From: Prevotellaceae bacterium
Lineage (GTDB): Bacteria > Bacteroidota > Bacteroidia > Bacteroidales > UBA932
Direction: 5' to 3'
Assembly: GCA_031267155.1 (NCBI GenBank)
Contig: JAIRZR010000274.1
Coordinates: 1-29,911 of the forward strand
DNA: 29,911 nucleotides
Each line of letters opens with the position of its first letter. Position 1 is the first letter of the stretch. A model generated the notes under the pieces. It had not been told where the DNA came from and made no database searches. It saw only the letters and a list, made by a program, of their open reading frames with translations. Shown in pieces: positions 17,702-26,983 of this stretch. The position numbers and the translations under genes were made by a program.

Positions 17702-18895
17702 TTATACTACTTCCAGTTTTTTAGCAGCCCTGTATATCTTGTCTATCGCATATTCGATCTGTTCCTGCGTGTGTGTAGCCATCAGGGAGAAACGAATCAG
17801 CGTGGAGTCGTTCGGTACTGCCGGCTGCACTACCGGATTGATGAATACGCCTTCCTCCATCAGGATTTTCGACATCATGAACGTCTTGTTGTTGTCGCGT
17901 ATCATGATGGGAATGATTGGCGTGCATGAATGTGCTATGTCAAACCCCAGGGTACGGAATGCGTTGAGGCTGTATTCCGTATTTTTCCACAGCTGTTTGA
18001 TGTAGTACGGTTCCGTCTTGATGATTTCGAGCGCTGCCAGTGCGCTGGCGGTAGCCGCCGGCGTGGCGCTGGCGCTGAATATCAGCGAGCGGGAGGTGTG
18101 CTTGATGTAGTTGATCGTATATTTGTCGGAGGCAAGGAACCCTCCTATCGAAGCCAGTGACTTGCTGAATGTGCCCATGATAATGTCCACGTCTTTGGTC
18201 AGCCCGTAGTGCGAGGATACGCCGCGTCCCTGTTCGCCGATTACGCCGAGCGAATGTGCATCGTCCACCATGATATTGGCGTTGTATTTTTTTGCCAGGT
18301 CAACGATTTCGGGAAGTCTGGTTATGTCGCCTTCCATGCTGAAAATGCCGTCGACAACAATCAGCTTGACTACTTCCGGCTCGCATCGCTGCAGGACTTT
18401 TTCGAGGGATTCCATGTCGTTGTGACGGAATTTCATGGTTTTTGCAAACGAGAGCCGCGCTCCCTCAATGATGGATGCATGATCGAGTTCGTCGAGAATG
18501 ATGTAGTCGTTGCGGTTGGTTACCGTGGGAATCGCTCCCAGATTGGACTGAAACCCTGTGCTGTAAACCAGAGCGCCGTCCTTGCCGACAAATTCGGCCA
18601 ATTTCTCTTCCAGTTCGATGTGGATATCCAGCGTACCGTTCAGGTAACGGGAGCCGGCGCATCCGGAACCGTATTTCCTGACGGCGGCAATCGCCGCTTC
18701 CTTAACTTTCGGATGGCTGGTAAGTCCAAGATAACTGTTCGAGCCAAACATCAAGGTTTTTTGTCCATCAATATACACTTCGGTATCCTGCTCCGACTGA
18801 ATCGGGCGGAAATAGGGATATACGCCTGCCGCTTTAATCTTGTCAGGCTCATCGTATTTACACGTTCGTTCTTTTAATATATTCAAATAGGACAC
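17702..18895 (-). CDS. spt: Serine palmitoyltransferase (PLP-dependent alpha-oxoamine synthase family)
   Basis: 397 aa with GVYPYFR, MFGSNSYLGLT, GCAGSRYLNGTLDIH, DHASIIEG, VDDAHSLG and GTFSKSLASIGG (PLP lysine). It follows the Bacteroides SPT pattern along its full length. Confidence 0.9.
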   Translation of the reverse strand: MSYLNILKERTCKYDEPDKIKAAGVYPYFRPIQSEQDTEVYIDGQKTLMFGSNSYLGLTSHPKVKEAAIAAVRKYGSGCAGSRYLNGTLDIHIELEEKLAEFVGKDGALVYSTGFQSNLGAIPTVTNRNDYIILDELDHASIIEGARLSFAKTMKFRHNDMESLEKVLQRCEPEVVKLIVVDGIFSMEGDITRLPEIVDLAKKYNANIMVDDAHSLGVIGEQGRGVSSHYGLTKDVDIIMGTFSKSLASIGGFLASDKYTINYIKHTSRSLIFSASATPAATASALAALEIIKTEPYYIKQLWKNTEYSLNAFRTLGFDIAHSCTPIIPIMIRDNNKTFMMSKILMEEGVFINPVVQPAVPNDSTLIRFSLMATHTQEQIEYAIDKIYRAAKKLEVV

Positions 18896-18947
18896 GTTAC
18901 TAACGTTTTTTCTTTATTAAACATAAATCTATGCCGCAATGGCGAGA

Positions 18948-18955
18948 CAAAGGTA
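18948..18955 (-). promoter_or_regulatory. Bacteroidetes -7 element (TACCTTTG) upstream of spt
   Basis: caaaggta on the + strand, about 50 bp upstream of the spt start. Confidence 0.6.
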
Positions 18956-19204
18956 TTAATTATTTTTGACAATTGATTATTTTCCCAAGTATTTTTTTCC
19001 CCGTCCCTGATTTGCGGGTTTATAATCTTACTGTTCAGTTATTTATTTTTTTGCCCTAATCGGCACGCCGCTCCCCGAAAGTTGCAGAAGCTTCCGCAAA
19101 AAACAGTCGAAAAATGCGAAATTTCAAGCAGATTGCACAAGTCTTTTTTCCGATATGCCGTCCCTTAGCCATCTCTGAGGCCGGGAGGAGAAATACACTG
19201 TGTA

Positions 19205-19277
19205 TTTTTCGTCCAGGAGACTTCAGGAAGGAAAATTCACTCAGATTTTTTGTCCCGGAGTCTCCAGGAAAGAAAAG
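19205..19277. repeat. Degenerate two-unit direct repeat, 41-bp period
   Basis: tttttcgtccaggagacttcaggaaggaaaa versus tttttgtcccggagtctccaggaaagaaaa. Confidence 0.55.
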
Positions 19278-19435
19278 GGTGTACGACAAAAATCCCTAAT
19301 AATAAAAAACATAGAAACACTTTCCCACTCAACGAATAGAAACGGGAATGAAAAAAAGTCTGAAAAATGCTTTGCGCGCTTGCCCGAAGGACAAAACAAG
19401 TTTGCGGGAAGCTTCGTACTTATATAGAAGCCTGC

Positions 19436-19687
19436 AACCTTCTCCGAGAAGGCTGACCGGCTCTTTTAGAAGGTTACAACCTTCTCCGAGAAGGTTGATC
19501 GGCTCTTTTAGAAGGTTGCAACCTTCTCGGAGAAGGTTGATCGGCTCTTTTAGAAGGTTGCAACCTTCTCCGAGAAGGCTGACCGGCTCTTTTAGAAGGT
19601 TACGACCTTCTCCGAGAAGGTTGATCGGCTCTTTTAGAAGGTTGCAACCTTCTCGGAGAAGGTTGATCGACTCTTTTAGAAGGTTAC
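19436..19687. repeat. Tandem array of 6 x 42 bp with internal palindrome, organised as 2 x 126 bp
   Basis: Unit aaccttctccgagaaggttgatcggctcttttagaaggttgc starts at 19436, 19478, 19520, 19562, 19604 and 19646, with no unique spacers. Flanked by 25-bp direct repeats at 19385-19409 and 19687-19711. Confidence 0.95.
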
Positions 19688-19864
19688 GAAGGACAAAACA
19701 GGTTTGCGAGATGGAGGCAAAAGGTCATTTTGTTTGCCGGGATTGCGGGTCAAGCCGTAATCCCGGACGCCATCACATTCACAGCCGTCAATCCGAGTGA
19801 ATTCCGGATGCTGTCCTTTCGATTAGAATCCCGCTTCGGTCAGAAAAGGGAGGGGGGAGGACAG

Positions 19865-19872
19865 TAATTTTG
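19865..19872 (+). promoter_or_regulatory. Possible -7 element (TAATTTTG) upstream of the small peptide ORF
   Basis: Matches TAnnTTTG and lies 57 bp before the ATG at 19930. I saw no clear -33 TTTG. Confidence 0.4.
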
Positions 19873-19929
19873 TTTCATCCGATCAAACTTTTTTATCTTT
19901 ATGGCGTTTTACTGTAAAAATGTAGATTC

Positions 19930-20064
19930 ATGAAGAAATTAAAGTATTTAGAAATCATATCAATTGCCGGCGGACTGCCGGTGGAACTGCCGATGACAAA
20001 CCGTCCGTACCTGGAGACTGCTGTTGCAGTCGGGACTTTCGATAAAGCATATACAGGATATTAA
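19930..20064 (+). CDS. 44-aa peptide with double-glycine-type leader (not in the ORF track)
   Basis: MKKLKYLEIISIAGG-LPVELPMTNRPYLETAVAVGTFDKAYTGY*. The leader has L(-12), E(-8), I(-7), I(-4) and GG(-2,-1), and the sequence upstream is AT-rich. Confidence 0.55.
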   Translation: MKKLKYLEIISIAGGLPVELPMTNRPYLETAVAVGTFDKAYTGY

Positions 20065-20338
20065 AACCTGGAGTAATGTAAAAGCATCCGAAACATTGTG
20101 TAAGTCTTTACAGTTAAAGAAATTTTGACGCAAAGATACATGGAAAACTGCGGAACCCTGCGGGGGGTTCAGTGTGGAGCTTTGCCCTGATTTGGAATTT
20201 ATAATTGAGAAAAATTGCTTATGGACAGAGAAAAGAGAAAGCAGTAATTCCGGTACAGATTCCGGCGGACGGTGAAATGATATATCCGTTCACAAGATTA
20301 AAACAGTTAAATCTATTAAGAAATTAAAACATTTTAAA

Positions 20339-21688
20339 ATGAATAGTAAAAAAGCAATCAAATTGAAGGCGTTGTCGATTGCCCTTGCGGCAACAGTATG
20401 CGCATACTTCACCGTCTTCATTTCCTGCAGTGAAGACAGGGGCGGAGGGGCGGTTCACGATCCCTCGAAGCCGGTAGTACTTACATCGTTCATGCCCGAT
20501 TCGGGGCGGATTTCGGAGATGGTGCTTCTGGACGGCAGCAATTTCGGAACGGACACGTCCAGGATAAGGGTCTTTTTCAATGCAAAAAGAGCCAGGACGC
20601 TTGCTTCCTCCGGGACGAGGATTTTAGCCCTTGTGCCGCGCCTGCCAGGGGATACCTGCGTCGTGACAGTGGAAATCGGAGGAAAACAGTACACTTACGA
20701 CGACTTTTTCCGCTACAAAATCGAAGCATCCGTAACCACGCTGGCGGGCGACGGGACAAATGCCCTGCTGACGACATCGCTGGACAAGTCGCAGCTGCGT
20801 CCCGTATATATCGGCGCCGACAAGGACTACAACATCTTCGTGTCGATAGAAAACAACAGCGGAATGCTGGTTAAACTGAACGAGGCGGAAAACTCGATCG
20901 TTGTCCTGGCAACAAACGAGCAGGGAATGACGCCGCGGTTTCAGCCGAACGCGCATCCCGCGACGGGCGTGATAATGCTTGGAGCTGAGGGAGAAGGTAA
21001 CCGCGACCGTTTCCTCACCCTTGATCCGAAAGCGGAATGGGTGCCAAAGATGAGGTTCATAAAGAACTGGAAACTGAACAGGTTTTCACTTCCGGACAAA
21101 GGCAATCCGGAGATACACTATCACTGCCTGTACTGCAAAGCCGACGGCTATCTTTATACCCGCTACACCGGAGGGCAGATCGTCAGGATCGACTCCAAAA
21201 CCTGGGACGCCGAAATAATATACGAGACAAAGAGCGGAATAGCCTACGGCATGGCATTCCATCCCGTCCGCACAAGCGAGCTGTGGATAGGTTACGGTCA
21301 TTCGCAGGGAGAACTCTCGAACAGTCTCTGTATGCTGGACGTGCTCAATCCGGAGACAACATTCAAAAAGCTGTCGGGCGCCACCAACGGCGGACACCGC
21401 GACGGGCGGATGGATCAGGCGCAGTTCTACCATATCCGGCAGATGAACTTCGACGCCGACGGAAACCTGTACGTGGGAGACAGTGGAAACCACTGCATAC
21501 GCAAAGTCGATACCGACAACATGATGGTGGAAACCATTATCGGGATACCAAACAAGTCGGGCTTCAAGGACGGGAACAAGGACGAGGCGATGTTTAAGGA
21601 TCCGCACGGAATCGCCACGGACCCCGACGGAATAATATACGTAAGCGACTATAGCAACAACCGTGTAAGAAGAATAGCAATTGAATAG
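20339..21688 (+). CDS. IPT/TIG-domain plus NHL-repeat (beta-propeller) surface lipoprotein
   Basis: 449 aa with lipobox ..FISC. IPT/TIG region PVVLTSFMPDSGRISEMVLLDGSNFG. NHL-type repeats GHRDG...AQFYHIRQMNFDADGNLYVGDSGNHCIRKV and FKDPHGIATDPDGIIYVSDYSNNRVRRI. Confidence 0.9.
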   Translation: MNSKKAIKLKALSIALAATVCAYFTVFISCSEDRGGGAVHDPSKPVVLTSFMPDSGRISEMVLLDGSNFGTDTSRIRVFFNAKRARTLASSGTRILALVPRLPGDTCVVTVEIGGKQYTYDDFFRYKIEASVTTLAGDGTNALLTTSLDKSQLRPVYIGADKDYNIFVSIENNSGMLVKLNEAENSIVVLATNEQGMTPRFQPNAHPATGVIMLGAEGEGNRDRFLTLDPKAEWVPKMRFIKNWKLNRFSLPDKGNPEIHYHCLYCKADGYLYTRYTGGQIVRIDSKTWDAEIIYETKSGIAYGMAFHPVRTSELWIGYGHSQGELSNSLCMLDVLNPETTFKKLSGATNGGHRDGRMDQAQFYHIRQMNFDADGNLYVGDSGNHCIRKVDTDNMMVETIIGIPNKSGFKDGNKDEAMFKDPHGIATDPDGIIYVSDYSNNRVRRIAIE

Positions 21689-21719
21689 TTAAGAACTGAG
21701 AACTAAAAGTTAAGAGTTA
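21687..21719 (+). repeat. Heptamer tandem repeat filling the intergenic gap
   Basis: agttaag-aactgag-aactaaa-agttaag-agtta, running from the stop codon into the susC ATG. Confidence 0.7.
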
Positions 21720-24700
21720 TGAATAAATATAAAAATAAATATAAACTGTTTTTTGCATGTTTTGCACTGCTTTTTTTGCTGATATGCCAGAGGCTTCCGG
21801 CACAGCAAAAGACCGACTATGTCATCGAAGGCACAGTGTATGACGAGACGGGAGCCATTTTCGAAGGCGTTACCTTATATATTAAGGACAGGGTAACTCT
21901 GGGTTCGCTTACCGACTCCGAAGGCAGGTTTTCAATTAAAGCCTCGCGCGGAAACACCATCGTGTTTTCGTTTCTGGGATACGAACCGACGGAATATTTA
22001 GTGATCGAGGAAAAGAAGGACCTGAAAATAAATCTTGCAGTATCGGCTCAGGAAATGGACGAGGTAGTTGTCGTGGGACTGGGAACGCAGCGCAAGATTT
22101 CGGCGGTGGGGGCGATAAGCTCCGTAGATGCCAAAGAACTGCAGGCGCCGTCGCCGTCCATTGCCAACATGCTTGGCGGCAGGGTTTCCGGCATCATCTC
22201 CATGCAGTACAGCGGCGAGCCGGGCAAAAATCTTGCCGAGTTCTGGGTACGCGGCATCGGCACCTTTGGCGCCAACAGCAGCGCGCTGGTGCTGATAGAC
22301 GGGCTTGAAGGCGATCTCAACTCGATCGACCCCGCCGACGTGGAAAGCTTTTCCATACTCAAGGACGCTTCGGCGACAGCCGTTTACGGCGTGCGCGGAG
22401 CCAACGGAGTGGTGCTCGTTACCACAAAGCGCGGAGTGGAAGGCAAGCTGCAGATAACCCTGCGCAGCAATTTCTCGCTCTCGCACATCGTGCGTCTCCC
22501 GAAATATTTGAGGGCATACGACTATGCCGTGCTGGCTAACGAGGCGTACGGGATGCGGGGCGAAGACCCCCGCTACAGCGATATACAGCTGAATGTCATC
22601 AGGGATGGCCTCGACCCCGACCTGTATCCCGACGTGAGCTGGCAGGACGAAGTACTGAGAAGGAACTCGTTCAAGCAGACCTACTTTGCCAGCGCCAGCG
22701 GAGGCGGAAGCATTGCCCGCTACTACGTAAGCCTTGGCATGTCCGACGAATCCGCCGCCTACAGAGCCGAGAAGAGCAATCCATACGCATCCAACGCGGG
22801 ATACAGCACGTATTCCTTCAGGATGAATCTCAATATCGACCTGTCGAAGACCACGGAACTGTATTTCGGCACCGACGTGTTCATGTCCGTCAACAACCGT
22901 CCCGGTCAGGCGAACACCGACTATGTCTGGCAGGCGCAGTCGCGTCTCACGCCACTGATGTTCCCGACAAGATACTCGAACGGACAGCTGCCCGCCGGTG
23001 GCGCCGATACGCCCATGTTTTCGCCCTACGTGCTCATCAACCACACGGGCAAAAGCTCCGAGCAGATCAGCAAGTCCCTCCTGACCATGGCGGTCAACCA
23101 GAATCTCTCCGCGCTTCTCGAAGGACTGAAGCTCAGGATTCAGGGCGCGTACAACCGCGACGGCGCCCTGACCGAACGCCGTTTCACCGTTCCGCCGCTT
23201 TACAGGGCATTCGGACGGAACAGCAGGGGAGACCTGATTACCCGCCGGCAGGTCGAAGAGGAAAAAGTGAGCTACAGATACTCCAGTCAGGGATACCGGA
23301 AGTTTCATTTCGAAGGGACTTTGAACTACGACCGGGCATTCGGCTATCATCGCGTGGGAGGCTTGATTTACTACAATATCAGCGACCAGCAGAACACCAA
23401 CGACATGACAAGCAGCCTGGGGGCTATTCCGGTCAGGTATCAGGGCGTCTCCAGCAGGCTCACCTACGGATACAACGACACCTACATGATAGACCTTAAC
23501 TTCGGGTACACCGGAAGCGAGAATTTCACTCCGGGCAAACAGTACGGGTTTTTCCCCTCCGTTGCCCTTGGCTGGGTACCCACGGGGTACCGCTGGGTGA
23601 AGGATCACGTGAAATGGCTGAGTTTCCTCAAACTGAGAGGTTCATACGGGATAGTCGGCAACGACAGGATAGGCGGCACGCGTTTCCCGTACCTGACAAG
23701 GGTAAAGACTGGCGGCACCTCGCCCTGGGGAGCCTCGGGCGGGGTCGAAACGGTATCCGTGACCCGTGTAGGCGCCGACAATCTGGTCTGGGAAAAGTCC
23801 GTCAAGTCGAATATCGGCTTCGACGCCCGGCTGTTCAGCGAAAAGCTGTCCCTTACAGTGGACTTCTACAACGACCAGCGGGACGGCATCTTCCAGGAGA
23901 GGCTTCAGATTCCCGAATACGTGGGACTGACAAACAATCCCTACGGCAATGTCGGCAGAATGAAGAGCTGGGGATCAGAGGGAAACATATCCTTCTCGCA
24001 GGACATAAATAAGGACATGAGTTTCACCCTCCGCGCCAACTATACCTTTTCGCAGAATCTGATCCAGAACTGGGAAAGGCTGAACGAAAAGTATCCGTAC
24101 AAGGAATGGCACGGGCAGCCGCTGAGCGGAATGCGCGGACTGCAGTGTCTCGGATTTTTCAGGGACGAAAGCGACATCCGCTACAGTCCGAAGCAGACCT
24201 GGGGAGACGTGAAGCCCGGAGACCTTAAATACAAGGACATCAACGGCGACGGCAAGGTAGATTCGGACGATATTGTCCCGCTTACATTCAGGGACATGTA
24301 CCCGCTGCTGATGTACGGGTTCGGAGGAGAATTCCGCTACAAAAACATCTCGGTCGGCGTCCTGTTCAAGGGAACGGGAAAGGTGGACTATTACCGCAAC
24401 GGCTGGGGATACATACCTTTCCAGGGAGGCGAAACGGGAAACATACTCGAACAGTTCAGAGACCCCGCCACGCGCTGGATTCCGAAAGAGTACGCCGCAG
24501 CCCACGGCATCAACCCGGCTCTGGCGGAGAATCCGAACGCGCTCCTGCCGCGTCTGCAGTACGGAAACAACAGCAACAATTCGCAGACCTCGGATTTCTG
24601 GAGGGGCGACGCCCGCTACCTGCGCCTCCAGGAAATTGCCATCAACTACAATCTCAAGAACGATTTCCTGAGAAGGCTGGGGATCGCTTCCGTCGATGTG

Positions 24701-24829
24701 ATGCTGGTGGGAAACAACCTGTATGTCTGGGACAGGGTTAAGATATTCGACCCCGAACAGGCAAACAAGCTGGGAGAAGTGTATCCAATCCCCTCAGTCT
24801 ACAGCCTGCAGCTGTATATCAGATTATAA
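21719..24829 (+). CDS. susC: SusC/RagA family TonB-dependent transporter
   Basis: 1036 aa with an N-terminal carboxypeptidase-regulatory-like domain, plug motifs LVLIDG and SILKDASATAVYGVRGANGVVLVTTKRG, LVWEKS, KYKDINGDGKVD, and a C-terminal YP...YSLQLYIRL. There is no N-terminal signalling (STN) extension. Confidence 0.97.
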   Translation: MNKYKNKYKLFFACFALLFLLICQRLPAQQKTDYVIEGTVYDETGAIFEGVTLYIKDRVTLGSLTDSEGRFSIKASRGNTIVFSFLGYEPTEYLVIEEKKDLKINLAVSAQEMDEVVVVGLGTQRKISAVGAISSVDAKELQAPSPSIANMLGGRVSGIISMQYSGEPGKNLAEFWVRGIGTFGANSSALVLIDGLEGDLNSIDPADVESFSILKDASATAVYGVRGANGVVLVTTKRGVEGKLQITLRSNFSLSHIVRLPKYLRAYDYAVLANEAYGMRGEDPRYSDIQLNVIRDGLDPDLYPDVSWQDEVLRRNSFKQTYFASASGGGSIARYYVSLGMSDESAAYRAEKSNPYASNAGYSTYSFRMNLNIDLSKTTELYFGTDVFMSVNNRPGQANTDYVWQAQSRLTPLMFPTRYSNGQLPAGGADTPMFSPYVLINHTGKSSEQISKSLLTMAVNQNLSALLEGLKLRIQGAYNRDGALTERRFTVPPLYRAFGRNSRGDLITRRQVEEEKVSYRYSSQGYRKFHFEGTLNYDRAFGYHRVGGLIYYNISDQQNTNDMTSSLGAIPVRYQGVSSRLTYGYNDTYMIDLNFGYTGSENFTPGKQYGFFPSVALGWVPTGYRWVKDHVKWLSFLKLRGSYGIVGNDRIGGTRFPYLTRVKTGGTSPWGASGGVETVSVTRVGADNLVWEKSVKSNIGFDARLFSEKLSLTVDFYNDQRDGIFQERLQIPEYVGLTNNPYGNVGRMKSWGSEGNISFSQDINKDMSFTLRANYTFSQNLIQNWERLNEKYPYKEWHGQPLSGMRGLQCLGFFRDESDIRYSPKQTWGDVKPGDLKYKDINGDGKVDSDDIVPLTFRDMYPLLMYGFGGEFRYKNISVGVLFKGTGKVDYYRNGWGYIPFQGGETGNILEQFRDPATRWIPKEYAAAHGINPALAENPNALLPRLQYGNNSNNSQTSDFWRGDARYLRLQEIAINYNLKNDFLRRLGIASVDVMLVGNNLYVWDRVKIFDPEQANKLGEVYPIPSVYSLQLYIRL

Positions 24830-24840
24830 TCTTAGAGTAA

Positions 24841-24871
24841 GACCTTAAAGTCTTTAAAGACTTTAAAGTCC
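24841..24871. repeat. 9-bp palindromic microrepeat between susC and susD
   Basis: ccttaaagt-ctttaaaga-ctttaaagt, containing the palindrome gactttaaagtc. Confidence 0.55.
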
Positions 24872-24901
24872 TTTTATCAAAATTAAAAATAAACGAAGAA
24901 T

Positions 24902-26926
24902 ATGAACAGTATATTAACAGGAAAAAAGCGCTCCCCACTGAAGTTTACGGGAGTTTTATTGATGGCAGCGGTACTCTTTTCATGCAATTACCTCAATATA
25001 GACCGCTATATTGACGAGGAGATGAAACTGGATTCCATCTTTGCAAACAAAAGGTACATCGAAGCATACATGTGGGATGCGACAAGCCGTTTCCCCGACG
25101 AGGGAGCCATTTTCGGCGGAGGCAGCATGTACACTCCGGGACCGATGGCTACCGACGAGGCATTCTGCCTTTTCGGCTCGGGCGAGTTTCTGGGAATGGC
25201 ATACGTCATCGGCGAACTGAACGCCGACAATCTCGGTTCGCTCAACCGGTGGAAGAGCTACTATCAGGTAATACGCCAGTGCAATACCATTATGGAGCGC
25301 ATCGACGAGGCGCACGACTGGACAAACTACGAACGGACGCGCATACTGGCATACACGCGGTTTATCCGCGCATACGCCTATTATAATCTCATGATGAACT
25401 GGGGACCCGTGGTGCTTCTGTACGACGAAATCCCCGACAACAACGAGGAGATGATATATTACGACCGTCCGCGCGACCTCTACGACGAGTGCATGGACTA
25501 CGTCTGCGGCGAATTTGAGGAAGCGGCAAGGAATCTGCCCGAAAGGGCGCCGTCCATAATGGAATACGGATACCCGACCAGGGGAGCGGCTTACGCTCTG
25601 GTGGCGAGGCTGAGGCTGATGCACGCAAGTCCGCTGTTCAACGGCGGCTCCGCGGCAAGGATATACTTCGGAAACTGGACGCGCAAAACCGACGGGAAAC
25701 ACTATATCTCCCAGACGTCCGATCCGAAACGCTGGGCAGTAGCGGCGGCGGCGGCAAAACGGGTCATGGATCTGACAATCGACGGAATGCCCGCATACAG
25801 GCTGCATACGGTGGAGGCGGACGAAAACACTCCGCCGCTTCCGGCAAATGTTGCCGATCCCGACTTCCACAAGCCCTTTCCCAACGGAGCCGCGGGAATC
25901 GATCCCTTCCGCTCGTACTCCGAAATGTTCAACGGCGAAACGGTCATGACCGTAAACCCGGAATATGTCTGGGCAAGAAACTCCCCGACACTCCGGAACT
26001 ATACCCAGCACTCGTTCCCCGTCGCCAACGGCGGATGGAACGGAATGTGCGTTACCCAGAAAATCATCGACGCCTACGAAATGGCGGACGGACGCTCGAG
26101 ATCCGACGCAAGCGCCGACTTCCCGTACTCCGAAACGGGATTCTCCGAATCGCAGAAGTCATTTTCCGGATACAGGCTTAACGCCGGCGTTCAGAACATG
26201 TATGTCAACCGCGAGATGCGCTTCTATGCGTCGATAGGCTTCAGCGAATGTTTCTGGACAAACTCGTCGACAAGCGACAACACGCACAAGAATCTTACGG
26301 TTACGTACTATACCGATTCCCCGAACGGAAAGTCCGGCGCGCCAAACCCTAACGACCATCCGATTACGGGCTACGTTCTCCGGAAATACGTGAATCCGGT
26401 TGATGCGTGGACAGGCACGGCAGCCAGGCGTCTCAACAAGGCGTTTCCGATAATACGGTATGCCGAAATCCTGCTTTCGTACGCCGAAGCGCTCAACAGT
26501 CTCGGAGGAGAGAGCTATACTCTTGAAATCAACGGCGTCTCCCAGACATTTTCCAGAGACATGAACGAGATCAAAAAGGCGATCAATCAGGTGCGCTACC
26601 GTTCCGGTCTGCCCGGACTGACGAACGCCGAGCTTGCCGATGCGGATCTTGTCCTGGACAAAATCAAGAAGGAACGCATGCTGGAGTTTCTCTACGAGAA
26701 CCGCCGCTATTTCGACGTGCGCAGATGGGGAGACTACGAGGAGTCCGAAAACCAGCCGATCATGGGCATGAATACTGCCGCGACAAAGGACTCGTACTAT
26801 CAGAGAGTGCTGCCCGCAAGTACGCGAATAACAAACAGGATCGTCAACAGGAAGATGCTTTTCATGCCGATTCCGAAGACGGAAATGAAACGCCTGCCGT
26901 CGTTCGACCAGAACCCGGGATGGTAG
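24902..26926 (+). CDS. susD: RagB/SusD family surface lipoprotein
   Basis: 674 aa with lipobox LFSC and motifs RFIRAYAYYNLMMNWGPV, TRGAAYALVARL, FPIIRYAEILLSYAEA, ERMLEFLYENRRYFDVRRW and terminal QNPGW. Confidence 0.97.
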   Translation: MNSILTGKKRSPLKFTGVLLMAAVLFSCNYLNIDRYIDEEMKLDSIFANKRYIEAYMWDATSRFPDEGAIFGGGSMYTPGPMATDEAFCLFGSGEFLGMAYVIGELNADNLGSLNRWKSYYQVIRQCNTIMERIDEAHDWTNYERTRILAYTRFIRAYAYYNLMMNWGPVVLLYDEIPDNNEEMIYYDRPRDLYDECMDYVCGEFEEAARNLPERAPSIMEYGYPTRGAAYALVARLRLMHASPLFNGGSAARIYFGNWTRKTDGKHYISQTSDPKRWAVAAAAAKRVMDLTIDGMPAYRLHTVEADENTPPLPANVADPDFHKPFPNGAAGIDPFRSYSEMFNGETVMTVNPEYVWARNSPTLRNYTQHSFPVANGGWNGMCVTQKIIDAYEMADGRSRSDASADFPYSETGFSESQKSFSGYRLNAGVQNMYVNREMRFYASIGFSECFWTNSSTSDNTHKNLTVTYYTDSPNGKSGAPNPNDHPITGYVLRKYVNPVDAWTGTAARRLNKAFPIIRYAEILLSYAEALNSLGGESYTLEINGVSQTFSRDMNEIKKAINQVRYRSGLPGLTNAELADADLVLDKIKKERMLEFLYENRRYFDVRRWGDYEESENQPIMGMNTAATKDSYYQRVLPASTRITNRIVNRKMLFMPIPKTEMKRLPSFDQNPGW

Positions 26927-26931
26927 ATGGG

Positions 26932-26980
26932 AGTTAAGAGTTAAGAGTTAAGAACTAAGAGTTAAGAGTTAAAAGTTATA
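26932..26980 (+). repeat. 7 x heptamer tandem repeat (AGTTAAG)
   Basis: agttaag x3, aactaag, agttaag, agttaaa, agttata fill almost the whole gap between susD and the next gene. Confidence 0.85.
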
Positions 26981-26983
26981 GAA

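Noticed and set aside
19436-19687. CRISPR array
   Set aside because: Units are contiguous and nearly identical over all 42 bp, with no unique spacers and no cas genes in the window.
19348-19800. 150-aa Arg-rich repeat protein
   Set aside because: The frame is open mainly because the 42-bp DNA unit lacks a stop in that frame. The DNA-level palindromy suggests a nucleic-acid feature, so it was not called as a CDS without expression data.
21998-23608. Long antisense ORFs (536 aa here, also 343 aa in susD, 352 aa at 27008 and 286 aa in the adhesin gene)
   Set aside because: Typical stop-poor opposite-strand frames of GC-rich coding sequence, with no motifs and fully overlapping confidently identified genes.
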